DNA from: Octopus vulgaris
Taxonomy: Eukaryota
Reading direction: 5' to 3'
Assembly: GCA_951406725.2 (NCBI GenBank)
Contig: OX597819.1
Coordinates: forward strand, 15,314,001-15,378,000
DNA: 64,000 nucleotides
Within the stretch, counting starts at the first letter, position 1; each line of letters starts with the position of its first letter. The translations under genes and the position numbers were made by a program. Below the pieces are notes generated by a model. That model was not told where the DNA came from and did no database searches. It worked only from the letters and a program-made list of their open reading frames with translations. This document shows, in pieces, positions 25,549 to 38,051 of the stretch.

Positions 25549-25688
25549 TCGGAAAATACCTTAGGAATGAGAACTCAGGTTCGAAATTTCCCCAAGACAC
25601 CTGATGAAGGCTGGAGGGTTTATCAGCCGAAACGTTGTGTTGAACAAACAAAATTAGGACAAATATCCTTCAAATGTAAATAATGTAT
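25224..25688. mobile_element. Head-to-head inverted pair of family H elements (25224-25467 on -, 25468-25688 on +)
   Basis: The arms are reverse complements over about 215 bp; both match 4513-4786. Confidence 0.88.
25596..25641 (+). ncRNA. Minimal type I hammerhead ribozyme motif (Penelope-like), intact core
   Basis: Stem I gacac/gtgtt, CUGAUGA, extra A, stem II GGCUG/CAGCC, GAAA, palindromic AACGUU as stem III, GUU cleavage triplet. Activity untested. Confidence 0.75.
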
Positions 25689-26834
25689 AACAATCTTTTA
25701 CTAAATTTATTAACTTAACCCAAAACAGAGTTTTAATGTTGAAGCTTAGTTACTAGCCTTCATTTGATTTGGTTTAGTTCAGTGTAGCTAACATTAGATT
25801 TGTTTTGACAGAGTACAGGGATTCATGTATTGTTGTTTAGCCAGAAATCAACCATGACCCAGCAGACCTCTGATCAATAGTTTTCCGGCTACAGTCACTT
25901 TATATATTTTCACACATACTGTATCTGTGAGCACATTAACCAATGTATCCTTCCATTTTTAGAAGGTAGGACGCGTGTTATTTTATAAGAGACTTTAACT
26001 GCTATTTTTAGTAGGTTTAATGACTCTTTCATTGGCTCATACTTATGACAATTGTATTTGTTTTTAGTGCACTTTGAATAATTTTAGGTGTGGTTGAACT
26101 TTCTGCTATTATTGACTGTGTGTGTATTTATAGATGTCCTAGATCCATGTATATTATGTTAATTTGTCTCTTGTTGTTCCTGCCTATCTGGATTGGGCGG
26201 TTTAAAAAAGAAACTAGGTGAGGATAGTGATTAAACGGAATTCATGTTATAGAAAATTTGGTGGTGGTTGTGGAAACACTGAAGCATTGTTGGGACGAAA
26301 GACATTGAAGAGTGACTCTATGTTGGTTATGGTTTAAGAATAAGACAGGCTTACAAAGCTTGACACAATGCCATTTGCTACATCAGTGTTTCATTTTTAT
26401 CTCTGTCATCAGAAAGAACATTGCAAAAAAAGCTACTATGCAATCTTTCAAACTGCTGAACCATCTCCAATAAAGGCAAGCCACATTTTGATTAATGTAA
26501 TCCTAGAGGCGCTCTTTCCGTGTACAAGATGGGATGGTTATGGATGGAAAGGTTTTGATCATTGGTCTATTCAATCAAGCTTCACCCTGGCTCTAAACAG
26601 CAAGCGATTACAATATTTTTTTGTGAAGGAATACATGTCTGGTTGGGGTGAAGGTTTAAAAAAAATGGAAACATAAGGATTTGTTTGAGGTTGTTTGAAG
26701 TATTTTTAATTGGATAAAAATGAAATGTCTGTGGCATGTTATGAATTTAAGGTAAAATATCATCTTGAAGGTTTTTAAAGTGTTGAAACTGATTAGAATT
26801 GGTTGGGAATGAAACAGGGTAAATATCTCTGTAA

Positions 26835-27054
26835 CCCTTTTGTTACTGTATTTATTTTGAGATGTTCTGTGTTTCTTTCAATTACTTTAAGTATAACAAA
26901 GGATTTAGTAAAATAACTTAGTTGTCATTAAGCTAGTGTTAGGAACATAAATTGCGACTAAGGTTTGATGGAAGATTTTAATTCAAAACTTATGAAAACA
27001 AAACACTTGTACTCAGAGCCAGAGCCGGTTTCAGCCGGGTTGGTAACGAAAGGG
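26835..27054. mobile_element. TTAA-flanked (piggyBac-like) MITE family 2; diverged copy at about 33050-33271
   Basis: TIR cccttttgttac / gtaacgaaaggg. Confidence 0.78.
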
Positions 27055-27196
27055 TTAAACAGTTTCATCTGATATAAAAACTGAGATTATTGTTTCTACT
27101 GGTTAGTTTGTGTGCAAAGACCAAGCTGTTACTTTCTCGCATTTCAAATGTCACTGAGGTTAGACACCACAATCAACAGGTTCATAGAATTTAACT

Positions 27197-27585
27197 AATA
27201 AACACACATAACGCCCGGGAATCGAAACCGCGATCCTACGACCGCGAGTCTGCTGCCCTAACCACTGGGCCATTGCGCCTCCATTTAGCGAAAACACCTA
27301 AAAGCTCCACGAGGCTCCGGCAGGGATAGTGGTGATCCCTGCTGTACTCTTTCACCACAACTTTCTCTCACTCTTAATTCCTGTTTCTGTTGTACCTGTA
27401 TTTCAAAGGGCCGGCCTTGTCACTCTCTGTGTCACGCTGAATATCCCCGAGAACTATGTTAAGGGTACAAGTGTCTGTGGAGTACTCAGCCACTTACACG
27501 TTAGTTTCACGAGCAGGCTGTTCCGTTGATCGAATCAACCGGAGCCCTCGTCGTCGTAACCGACGGAGTGCTTCCACATGTGCTT
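27197..27585. mobile_element. SINE family B with inverted 5' segment
   Basis: Head on - (27197-27284), body on +; flanking direct repeat ca[t/c]agaatttaact. Confidence 0.85.
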
Positions 27586-28355
27586 CCACAGAATTTAACT
27601 GAGGCAAGATGTTTTTCATCAAAGAAGTGCCAAAACTTTAAAATGGAAATGATCATCGTACACCAGTTGTCTATGTTCTCCTGTATTAGACAGGTCTTCT
27701 CCACCGCTTCGCTGCTTGTTGCAGCCCCATGTTCCCTCTTTCATCAGGTTCAACATCATGAAGTCGACCTTAACCATTTTTTTTTTGCCTTAGCCCTTTA
27801 GCATTTAAACCGGCCATATCTGGCCAAAAGTATTCTGCCTGTTTTATGTTCAAACTGGCCCGATCTGGTCTTTCACACCAACCCTACAATATCGTTTTAA
27901 AAATTAACAGCTACCTCATCAAAATCTCGTAGATACAAGATTAATGAATGATTAGTTCAAAACAGTGTGGATAAAAAAGGATTAACTTTGGCAGAATAAT
28001 GTGAACACTAAAGGGTTAAGCATGGTTCCTTCCATTTGGATTGCTTGGCACATCCTTACTCAGCTATCATCCTCTATACATGTCCTAATGACCATACCAG
28101 CACAGTCTTTTCTTGTACTCGTATCTGATTCCTCTCAGCTCATTTATATTCTTTCATTCACATTAATATTAAACATCCAGTGAAGCATACTCGTCTCATT
28201 TCTTTGCTCCCTTCACGCATACTCAATATTCAATACCCTTATATTTCTCTGCCATGCAATATTACACTTCACAATCTGCTTTTCACTCAGAGAGAACGAG
28301 AATCCCTCTCAGCTAACAGCTCCTTAAACTTCTCCATCCTGTTCATACACACGCT

Positions 28356-28746
28356 GGAATGGAAGCACTCCGTCGGTTACGACGATGAGGGTTCCGGTTG
28401 ATCCGAATCAATGGAACAGCCTGCTCGTGAAATTAATGTGTAAGTGGCTGAGCACTCCACAGACACGTGTACCCTTAACGTAGTTCTCGGGGATATTCAG
28501 CGTGACACAGAGAGTGACAAGGCCGGCCCCTTGAAATACAGGTACAACAGAAACAGGAAGTAAGAGTGAGAGAAAGTTGTGGTGAAAGAGTACAGCATGG
28601 ATCACCACCATCCCCTGCCGGAGCCTCGTGGAGCTTTTTAGGTGTTTTCGCACAATAAACACTTACAACGCCAGGTCTGGGAATCGAAACCGCGATCCTA
28701 TGACCGCGAGTCCGCTGCCCTAACCACTGGGCCATTGCGCCTCCAC
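28356..28746 (-). mobile_element. SINE family B with TSD catacacacgct
   Basis: Full-length copy inserted in an old RTE fragment. Confidence 0.9.
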
Positions 28747-29131
28747 ATACACACGCTACAGTGCTTCTGGAACAGGCTGTGTCTACTATTCGTTACATAT
28801 CTTATGTAATACATCAACTATTATAAGGGAATCTTCCAGATATTTGAAGGAATTCGTTTCTCTGTTTTTTGTCTCTTGCGCAGGTTGCACTGAAGGACAT
28901 TTCTCCTTCAATGCTTTGTGGCATCTTCCATCGGTATCGCTTCCTAGTGGTTCTAAACAATATTAATGTTATCAGGGCATATTTGAGATCTTTTGGCCTA
29001 CAATATGGCATGGTTTTAAAAACTTTTTCTAACCTCTGTTATCTCTGTAGCCATCACGTGAATCTGGATGCAGTTATGACCATTTCAACTAAGGATCAAC
29101 TCTCTCGCATATTAATACTGAAACATTTCTA

Positions 29132-29623
29132 CTGTAAATCCTTGAGTATAACATGCAGGGGATTTTTAGGGGGCTGTACCTCTGAAAATCCTAAACCTTG
29201 TGTATAATACACACCCCTTCTCTAACTTGAGTCAAGGAGGTCTATACACCGTCCTTGGTTTGTAAAAATCTATATGGTAATGTCCTTTATTATTATTGTA
29301 TATATAACATAATGCAAATGTGTAGCTTTTTTGTGCATTTTGTTTGCAGAAATAAAGAAATAACAGTAATAACGTTTAATAAATGTTGCTTACTGCAAGT
29401 TATGGATGATCTTTTATGACTTCATTGCTTTCAGGCTTAGCTTAAGGTATTTTCGCTCCTGACATCACAAAATGCGTCTGAATAAACATTGCCGGACAGC
29501 AAATAGAGACTCAGACATTGCTTAGAAAATAATTTTCATTTTTAACCTCATATATAGTACGCACTAGGGATTTTGACCTATAAATTTTAGGGGAAAATGC
29601 AGATTATACTCGAGGATTTATGG
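29132..29623. mobile_element. Tc1/mariner-superfamily (pogo/Tigger-like) MITE
   Basis: TA|ctgtaaatccttgagtataa...ttatactcgaggatttatgg|TA. Confidence 0.7.
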
Positions 29624-29674
29624 TACTTCCTCATTTAACTTTATGAATCTCTACTTTGCTGTCCTTCCTAAATT

Positions 29675-30094
29675 GAAGCCTGTCATATATGTATGTATGT
29701 ATGTATGTTTGTGTGTCTGTGTTTGTCCCCCCACCATTGCTTGACAATCGATGTGGGTGTGTTTACATCCCTGTAACTTAGCGGTTCGGCAAAAGTGACT
29801 GATGAATAAGTACTAGGCTTAGAAAGAATAAGTCCTGGGGTTGACTTGTTCGATTAAAGGTGGTGCTCCAGCATGGCTGCAGTCAAACGACTGAAACAAA
29901 TAAAAGTATAAAGGAATATATATATATTAGGCGTAGGAGTGGCTGTGTGGTAAGTAGCTTGCTTACCAACCACATGGTTCTGGGTTCAGTCCCACTGCAT
30001 GGCACCTTGGGCAAGTGTCTTCTGCTATAGCCTCGGGCCGACCAATGCCTTGTGAGTGGATTTGGTAGACGGAAACTGAAAGAAGCCTGTCGTA

Positions 30095-30128
<34 letters not shown>

Positions 30129-30356
30129 TATGTGTTTGTGTGTCTGTGTTTGTCCCCTTAGCATTGCTTGACAGCCGTTGCTGGTGTGTTTACGTCCCCG
30201 TTACTTAGCGGTCTGGCAAAAAGAGACCGATAGAATAAGTACTGGGCTTAAAAAGAATAAATCCCAGGGTCGATTTGTTTGACTAAAGGCGGTGCTCCAG
30301 CATGGCCGCAGTCAAATGACTGAAACAAGTAAAAGAGTAAAAGAGAGTAAAGAGTA
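29675..30356 (+). mobile_element. Two tandem SINE family A copies (3' half, then full length 29929-30356)
   Basis: Sequence match to the family. Confidence 0.86.
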
Positions 30357-30733
30357 TATATATATATATTTATATCCACATCTAATAGAATGCCATTAAA
30401 AAAATTAAAGGGTGACTGTGTAAAGGACATGACCCTTTAAATAAAGCTGTTAAAAAACAAACAAAACTTCAGTTTGAACCTTGTTTGTTACATTGATGTG
30501 GATTAAAATAACAATGCTTTCTTCTCGTTAATCTTCTGCTGTTCTGCCTGCCAGATTAACTCGATTTGCTGTTTATAGCTCTTGCTCAGCTGGTGTTTGT
30601 GGTTGAGTATTGACATAATTGCTTTGATAAAGGAGGGAAAATTATAACTTGAACCAATAAGGGAACGAGTAGGCAGGTCTGAATTTCTTATACTTCTGAA
30701 GGGTTTTATTGAACTAAGAAGTTATAGATTTAA

Positions 30734-31221
30734 CTAGCAGTGTTGCTCGGGTTTGTAAGGGAAATAACTATATAAGCATTTTTAGAGAGTTATAGCCAAA
30801 AAATAGCAAAAAAAATGCATTAAAAATGGGGAAATAATGATGGTAAATTTTTTTTTAAATCGTTGACTCATCGTAGACATTTTTAGAGTTACTTCCCTTG
30901 TATAATAGCGAAAAAATGTATTAAAATGGGAAAAAATTATGGTAAATTTTTTTTAAATCGTTGACTCATTGTAGACATTTTTAGATAGTTACTTCCCTTA
31001 TATAATAGCGAAAAAAATGCATTAAAATGGGAAAAAATGATGGTAAATTTTTTTTAAAATCGTAGACTCATCGTAGACGCGCGCTAATACCCAGAAGGGC
31101 TCGATATGAATCTCGACTATAAGATACCCGCTTTTGGTTAAACTGCACCGCAAAATGTGTGAGTAGTTAGGAATCTAAATCGTAGGAGACAGACACACAA
31201 CTTGACTTTTATATATAAAGA
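30734..31221 (-). mobile_element. Non-autonomous Helitron, same family; hairpin partly deleted
   Basis: TC...CTAG termini; three ~95-bp internal units. Confidence 0.8.
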
Positions 31222-32157
31222 TTTCTGTTCTCATCTGCTTCCGCTTCTGAACTTAGTGAACTAATAGCTATGTCTTATCAAGTTTAGATTAATTTCACTT
31301 TCTTATATAATTATCTGGCTGAAAATACCTACATGAATTAACTCAAAATTTACACAGGATTTTATTTATTTTTTAGATGCATTGTGTATAAGGGAACCAC
31401 TTAGTGTGTGTGTGTGTATACATATATGCACAAATATCAATTTAGTGTTCAGAGGAAGAGAGGAGGTGCATAAAGAGATTGCTAGATATACTAAATCAAA
31501 GATTACTTTGATGACCTAAAAAGGAAGGAGGTAACTTACCAATCAATAAAACCCTACTGATATTCTAGGCTGAGTGCTAAGGCATTCCAAGCCTCCCTAC
31601 TCCTTCCATTAATATCATCGATGAGTGATGTTGGGATGCCATCTCCTGCCACCACCACTACTGCAACCTACTTTTTTGTGATGGAAATATTTTCTGCTAT
31701 TGAAAGAAAAAAAAAAATTTTTTTTTTTTTTCTGTTTTTAGTTTAGTCAGAGGAGAAAGGATAGGAGGAAGGGGAGGACTGGTGGAAGGGGAAGACAAAA
31801 TGATGAATCATGGTTTTGCATCTTTGCATCTCTGTCGTCGTTTTCGGATGGGAGACTTGATCTGAATGCTTGCAACAGTGTGAACTTCACATCTAGTGGT
31901 ATCCAGTTGTACCCAGTGGCCTGTCGGTAGTGTTAAACCCAGCAACTGATTTGGGTACAGTACATTCCACAGGCTCTTAACTCTTGTTCACCCATAAGAC
32001 TTGGGTTAACCTGAGGTTATAGCAAGGCCTAAGGTACTCTTCAATGAGATTGAACTTATTCTTTTCAGTCATGAGACTGTGGCCATGTTGGAGCACTGCC
32101 TTTAGTTGATCAAATCGACTCCAGGATTTATTCTTTGTAAGCCTAGTACTTACTCAA

Positions 32158-32542
32158 GTGGAGGCGCAATGGCCCAGCGGTTAGGGCAGCGGACTCGCGG
32201 TCATAAGATCGCAGTTTCGATTCCCAGACCGGGCATTGTGAGTGTTTATTGCGCGAAAACACCTAAAGCTCCATGAGGCTCCGGCAGGGGATGGTGGTGA
32301 TCCCTGCTGTACTCTTTCACCACAACTTTCTCTCACACTTACTTCCTGTTTCTGTTGTACCTGTATTTCAAAGGGCCGGCCTTGTCATTTTCTGTGTCAC
32401 ACTGAATATCCCCGAGAACTACGTTAAGGGTACACGTGTCTGTGGAGTGCTCAGCCACTTACACGTTAATTTCACGAGCAGGCTGTTCCGTTGATTCGGA
32501 TCAACCGAAGCCCTCGTCATCGTAACCGACGGAGTGCTTCCA
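32158..32542 (+). mobile_element. SINE family B inserted in an antisense family A SINE (about 32060-32850); TSD agtacttact
   Basis: The host SINE resumes after the duplication. Confidence 0.88.
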
Positions 32543-33420
32543 CAGTACTTACTTTAACAGTATTTTTTGCCGAACCACTAAGTGATGGGGTTGTAAACAC
32601 ACCAGCATCAGTTGTCAAGCGATGTTGGGGTGTGGGGCAAACACAGACACACAAACACACACACACACACACATACATACATATATGCGACGGGTTTGTT
32701 TCAGTTTCCATCTACCAAATCCACTCATAAGGCTTTGGTCGGTTCGAGGCTATAGTAGAAGACACTTGCCCCAGGTGCCACGCAGTGGGACTGAATCCGG
32801 AACCATGTGGTTCGTAAGCAAGTTACTTACCACACAGCCACTCCTATGCTACCACCCCTTGCCAGAGGCTCATGAAGTTTTAGGTGTTTTCGCTCAATAA
32901 ACACTCCCAACGCCCGATCTGGGAATCATAACTGCAATCCTACAACTGCAAGTCTGCTGCCCTAACCACTGAGCCATTGCATCTCCACAAATTCTTTATG
33001 TACAATAAAGAAATTTTGGGTCCAGTTTAAAAAAGGCTTATTATTTTCATTAACTCTTTTGTTACCATATTTCTCTTAAAATACATTTTATTTATTTCAA
33101 TTTTGCAAATAATGAAGAATTCATTAAAATATATTTACCATTATTAAAAGGGTTTTTTGAGGCCTAAATTAATTTGAAATTTAAAAGAAAATTTTAATAT
33201 AAACCACTATAAACTGAAAGTTTGTCATAGAACCAGGAATTGATCATCAGTGGCATGGTATTAAAAAGGGTCAAACTTGTTGAGATCTGCAACACCAAGA
33301 GGGTCTGCAGAATTTCTGATTTCAGTCTCATAAGTTTAAATACTACTTTTGATCATTTATATTGACTACTACTACTATAGTAATTGCTTTTCTGTTCTCT
33401 TTTTCTTTTTTCCTTTCTAG

Positions 33421-33519
33421 GGCAAAATTGAATTCTGTGATGGAATCTATACCAAAAAGCAAGAAAAATAAACGATGTAATCTTCACTCCTTAGATACAC
33501 ACAAAACAAGGCCATTTGC
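33421..33519 (+). CDS. GGNBP2: GGNBP2-like coding exon 3 (AKLNSVMESIPKSKKNKRCNLHSLDTHKTRPF)
   Basis: Long pyrimidine tract + ctag, donor GC|gtaagc; 99 nt. Matches human 'IPKSKKNKRCQLHSLDTHK'. Absent from the ORF track; translated by hand. Confidence 0.95.
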
Positions 33520-33699
33520 GTAAGCGTCAAGTTTTCTTTTGTTATTAAATGTTCTGTTGTATTTAGTTTTGGGAAAAAGCAAAACAAAAACCCAATAATG
33601 TATTGGATATTGATTTGATAAACTTCCCTTTTATATTTGTGTTTGTGTGTCTGTGTTAAATTATTGTTGTGATGTTGTTATAATAATAATAATAATGAT

Positions 33700-34287
33700 G
33701 GCTCCGGTGCCAGCAGCACATAAAATGCACCATTCGGGTGTGGTCAATGCTTGTGCTGCCTGACTGACCCACATACCAGTGGCACGTAAAAGGCACCCAC
33801 TACACTCCTTAGAGTGGTTGGCGTTAGGAATGGCATCCATCATCATCATCATCATCATCGTTTAACGTCCGTTTTCCGCGCTAGCACGGGTTGGACGGTT
33901 CGACCGGGGTCTGGGAAGCCAGGGGGCTGCACCAGGCTCCAGTCTGATCTGGCAGAGTTTCTACAGCTGGATGCCCTTCCTAACGCCAACCACTCCGCGA
34001 GTGTAGTGGGTGCTTTTTACATGCCGCCTGCACAGGTGCCAGAGGGGTCTGGCATTGGCCACGATCGGTTGGTGCTTTTTATGTGCCACCGGCACAGAAG
34101 CCAGTCGAGGCGGTGCTGGCATCGGCCACGTTCAGAGTGGCTGGCGTTAGGAATGGCATCAAGCTGTAGAAACTTTGCTAGATCATATTGGAGCCTGGTA
34201 CCGCTTCCTGCCTTGCCAGTCCTCAAGCAAACTGTTCAACCCACGCCAGCGTGGAAAGCGGATGTTAAACAATGATGATGATGATGG
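33700..34287. mobile_element. Sense RTE 3' end interrupted by an antisense copy (33838-34132)
   Basis: 'gagtgg..ggcgttaggaatggcatc' is duplicated on both sides of the inner inverted copy. Confidence 0.8.
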
Positions 34288-34957
34288 ACTCTCCCGTTGA
34301 AGATGATGTATGAGTGGTCAGCTTTTGCAAAAGGATTTGTTTATATTGGTCAAATGTATGTGCTGTACGTTAGCTCATGCCGTCCTTCAAATTGATGTTG
34401 CCTGAACCGGTGGATGGTGTGTACCACATGTGGAGTGTCGAAGTGATTGTAGAGCAACATGAGATGAAGTGTTTTACTCAAGAACACAACAGACCTCCTG
34501 GCCTAGGAATTGAAACCATGCTCTCGTGATCGTGAGTGTGACGTCGTTGCCACTAGGCCATGTGTCTAGTAATAATAATAATAATAATAATAATAAGACC
34601 TGGTACAAGCACAAACCACAGAGAGTGACTGAGTTGGAGTCTTGCAAAATTCTAGGATTTCCCAATCTAAATGGATCAGGTTAACTAACGTTGGGTATTT
34701 TTGCTGATTTTCAGAGTAGAGGTTGGCATTGATGGCTCGACTATCCAGAACAAACTTATTGTGAATTATCCCCTTATTTTCCCACCAGAGGCAGAGCATC
34801 ACCTTGTGTTCAAAATGCTCATGTTTGGTGACAGGTTCTGGAAGCTGACCCTTGCTAAACCACTGCTTATGCTTGTTTGGATTGTGGAAGAATATTTCCC
34901 TTGGATTGTTACTTGTTCTGATCTGTTGCTTAGTTGTTGCACTTGAGACACGTCAGC

Positions 34958-35171
34958 AACCAAGAGGAGGTAGAAGCTCCAATAGAGGAGTTCTTTACCT
35001 CAAAGGACAAGAACGGGTATCAGCATGGCATAAAAGAACTGGTAGAAGGGTTGCTTCAGACGATGCAACGCAATGGCCTCGACTTTGAATGCTCAGCTGC
35101 TTTTGTTGTAACTTGATGGATAAAGCAAATAAATTACCAAAATATTGCAAAACTTTTAACTCAACATAATA
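34958..35171 (+). mobile_element. mariner transposase C-terminal relic plus 3' TIR
   Basis: EEFFTSKDKNGYQHGIKELVEGLLQTMQRNG, then aaacttttaactcaacataata. Confidence 0.6.
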
Positions 35172-35732
35172 TACGTGTGCACGTGTGTGTGTGTGTGTAA
35201 TATATGTATGTATGGGTTGTGTGCATGTGCACACTCAGCATGGCCAGAAGCTGCTTGGCGCTTGGGCCCAAAACCTCCACTTCTTCCTCATCTTCTTCTC
35301 TTTTCCCTGAGCTTGCATGTGCTTGTCCTGGAAGGTTTTGTAGTGTGGAATTGTGGAAAATCGCAATTAATTAGCAAATATTTGTTTTACAGAACACATG
35401 CAAAGATCCACCGACTCTACCCATCGATGAAGAATTCAACAAAAAAAAAATCTTTCCAGATGGTGACAACAGCTAACCCACCCCACCCCACCCCACATTC
35501 TACCCTTCCACTTTTCCAAGTCCACAAACTTAGGGCCACCATCATCAATGTTGATACAACAAAATGTAGATTCAGTGAAATTGTTGAAGCATGTTGACGG
35601 GTGCTGTGTGTGGGAGTAAAGTTAGAGGAGATCCACTTTTAGACTCTTTGCAGGCAAGGAACAAAGGTACAAATTTTTCTGTGTAGGTAGCAGTGATGGT
35701 GTGGGAGGTGTCAGTATACTAATGTCAGAGAA

Positions 35733-36207
35733 ATCATCATTGTTTAATGTCCGTTCTCCATGCTAGCATGGGTTGGACGGTTCAACCGGGGATCTGGGAA
35801 GCCAGAAGGCTGCACCAGGCTCCGGTCTTATCTGGCAATGTTTCTACAGCTTGATGCCCTTCCTAATGCCAACCACTCCATGAGTGTAGTGGGTGCTTTT
35901 TACGTGCCACCTGCACTGGTGCCAGGCGAGGCTGGCATCGGCCACGGTCGGATTGGTGCATTTTACGTGCCACCGGCACGGAAGCCAGTCGAGGCGGCAC
36001 TGGCCTCGGCCACGATTCGGATGGTGCTTTTTACGTGCCACCGACACGGAAGCCAGTCGAGGCGGCGCTGGCATCGGCTACGATTCGGATAGTGCTTTTT
36101 ACGTATCTCCTGTCCAGGGGTCCTGGCATCTGCTGGGTGCCAGTCATAGGATTGGTTCAATTTCGATTCCGATTTCGATTTCACTTGCCCCAACAGGTCT
36201 TCGCAAG
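35733..36207 (-). mobile_element. RTE 3'-UTR fragment, same subfamily as 55480-55993
   Basis: Family tail at 35733 and diagnostic 'tccaggggtcctggcatctgc..gtgccagtcatagga'. Confidence 0.85.
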
Positions 36208-36673
36208 AAATATGCAGATAAAATGATTGAAGTAGTCAGAGTATGTGATTGATAAGATTAAGCTAAGACTAGTCTTGGATAGTGCAATGGTGACATTTAT
36301 CTCTACATATTCTCCTTAAGTTGTTCTCTCTGATCAACGGAAGGATTGTTTCCATGAAGCCCTTTTGTAGATTACCTTGATGACATGCCTACTTAAACAA
36401 CGCTAATACGAGGAAACTTGTTGCTAGGTTATGATGAAAGGTGTCCTGCTTTACAATAGGAACTATGTGGCTGTGAAGCTGACTTCTTGACCAGACACAC
36501 CTGTGCTCTGATTCTAAAGAGAGCAAAAATGCATATGGCTTTAAAAATTTTTTTTTATGGAACTAATAACATTAATAATAATAATAAATTGTATTTTTGC
36601 TTTTCTTTGATATATATTTTGCTTTCACTGCTTGAAAATAATTGGTTTTTTTTTTTTTTGTTTTTAAATTTAG

Positions 36674-36784
36674 TAGCTGGATTGATATATGGGATCTGTT
36701 ATCACAAGAGTGCAGAGAAGAAGTTGTGTTGGTTGATGTTGACGGACTGCAAGATACTTTGGAAGCTTATCTACGTAAACACCG
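36674..36784 (+). CDS. GGNBP2: GGNBP2-like coding exon 4 (SWIDIWDLLSQECREEVVLVDVDGLQDTLEAYLRKHR)
   Basis: Tandem TAG/TAG acceptor (alternative start 36677), donor CG|gtaact; 111 nt. Matches human 'WMDVWELMSQECRDEVVLID...YLRKHR'. Confidence 0.93.
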
Positions 36785-36968
36785 GTAACTAAACACACCT
36801 TGAAATATTGCTACTTCTCATTATTTATCAATGCTATAAAGTTATTCCTGTTAGTTTCTGTTTAGTGAGCTGTCAAAAACTTGGTGTGTAGTTAGTGTTC
36901 AATAAGGTTTGGTAGTTATGTCACTGATGTTAATTTGCTCACAGTGGATCTAATTAATTTATAGGTTA

Positions 36969-37426
36969 CTAGCAGCATAGCCCGGCGTTGCCCGGGTATG
37001 TAAGAGCCCCCTAGTAGGCAACAACTAATCCCAATCTAGTCCTTTCCCTCTAGGGAACGAAGGCGCATGTGTAGTTTGCAATGTCTTCTCTTCACTCGAA
37101 TACTTCTGTGTATACGATGTTCCTAGCTGTCCCTTTGGGCGAAAACACGAAAACATCATTGCGCCTCCCAACGCGTGAACAGCCCACGTACAGCCCAGAA
37201 AATGTGTTGCATATAAAAAGCTTAGATTCTCGACCCCATGTTGAATTTGTTGATTTTTTCAGAACTGGGGGAACTTTTCAAAATTTTCGCTGCGTTTGTT
37301 TTGAATTATGACATCGGGCTATGTGTGTGTCAAGTTTCATCAGAATCGGTTGAAATCCGTGGTTAGGGTGAGGGTACAACCTGACAGACACACAGACAGA
37401 CAAACTGCCGTTTATATATAGAGAGA
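36969..37426 (-). mobile_element. Non-autonomous Helitron, second family
   Basis: TC start, hairpin cccgggcaacgccggg, CTAG end, A|T target; different body. Confidence 0.8.
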
Positions 37427-37649
37427 TAGCCAAATCTCATGACTACAGATCAAGCAAGAAATGTGACAGCTACTGCTGCCGTTGTAGAAGTCCATAATGT
37501 TACAGGAGAAATTAGTGACAGTCAATAGCATTCTGGCCCAGGACTGTGACTCTGGACAAGGCATTTAAATTTCAGTTGGAAAGCACATTTAATACAATAA
37601 GTAGTGATAAAGTGCTATGGATTTTTCAAATATTATGTCAGTTATATCG

Positions 37650-38051
37650 CATGACTGGCACCTGTGCTGGTGGCATCTAAAAAACACCATTCGAGCATGG
37701 TCGATGCCAGTCTCTCTGGACTGGCTCTCATGCCAGTGACACGTTAAAGCATCATTCGAGCGTGGTTGATGCCAGTCCCTCCAGACTGGCTCCCATACTG
37801 GTGGCATGTAAAATGCACCATACGAACATGGTTGATGCCAGTGCTGCCTGACTGGCTCCCATGCTGGTGGTTTGTAAAAAGCATCCACTACATTCTTGGA
37901 GTGGTTGGCATTAGGAAGGGCATCCAGCTGTAGAAACCTTGCCAGATCAGATTGTAGCCTGGTGCAGCCTACTGGCTTACCAGTCCTCAGTCAAACTGTC
38001 CAACACATGCCAGCATGGAAAGTGGACATTAAATAATGATGATGATGATGA
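37650..38051 (+). mobile_element. RTE 3'-UTR fragment
   Basis: ~60-bp repeats plus (GAT)n tail. Confidence 0.8.
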
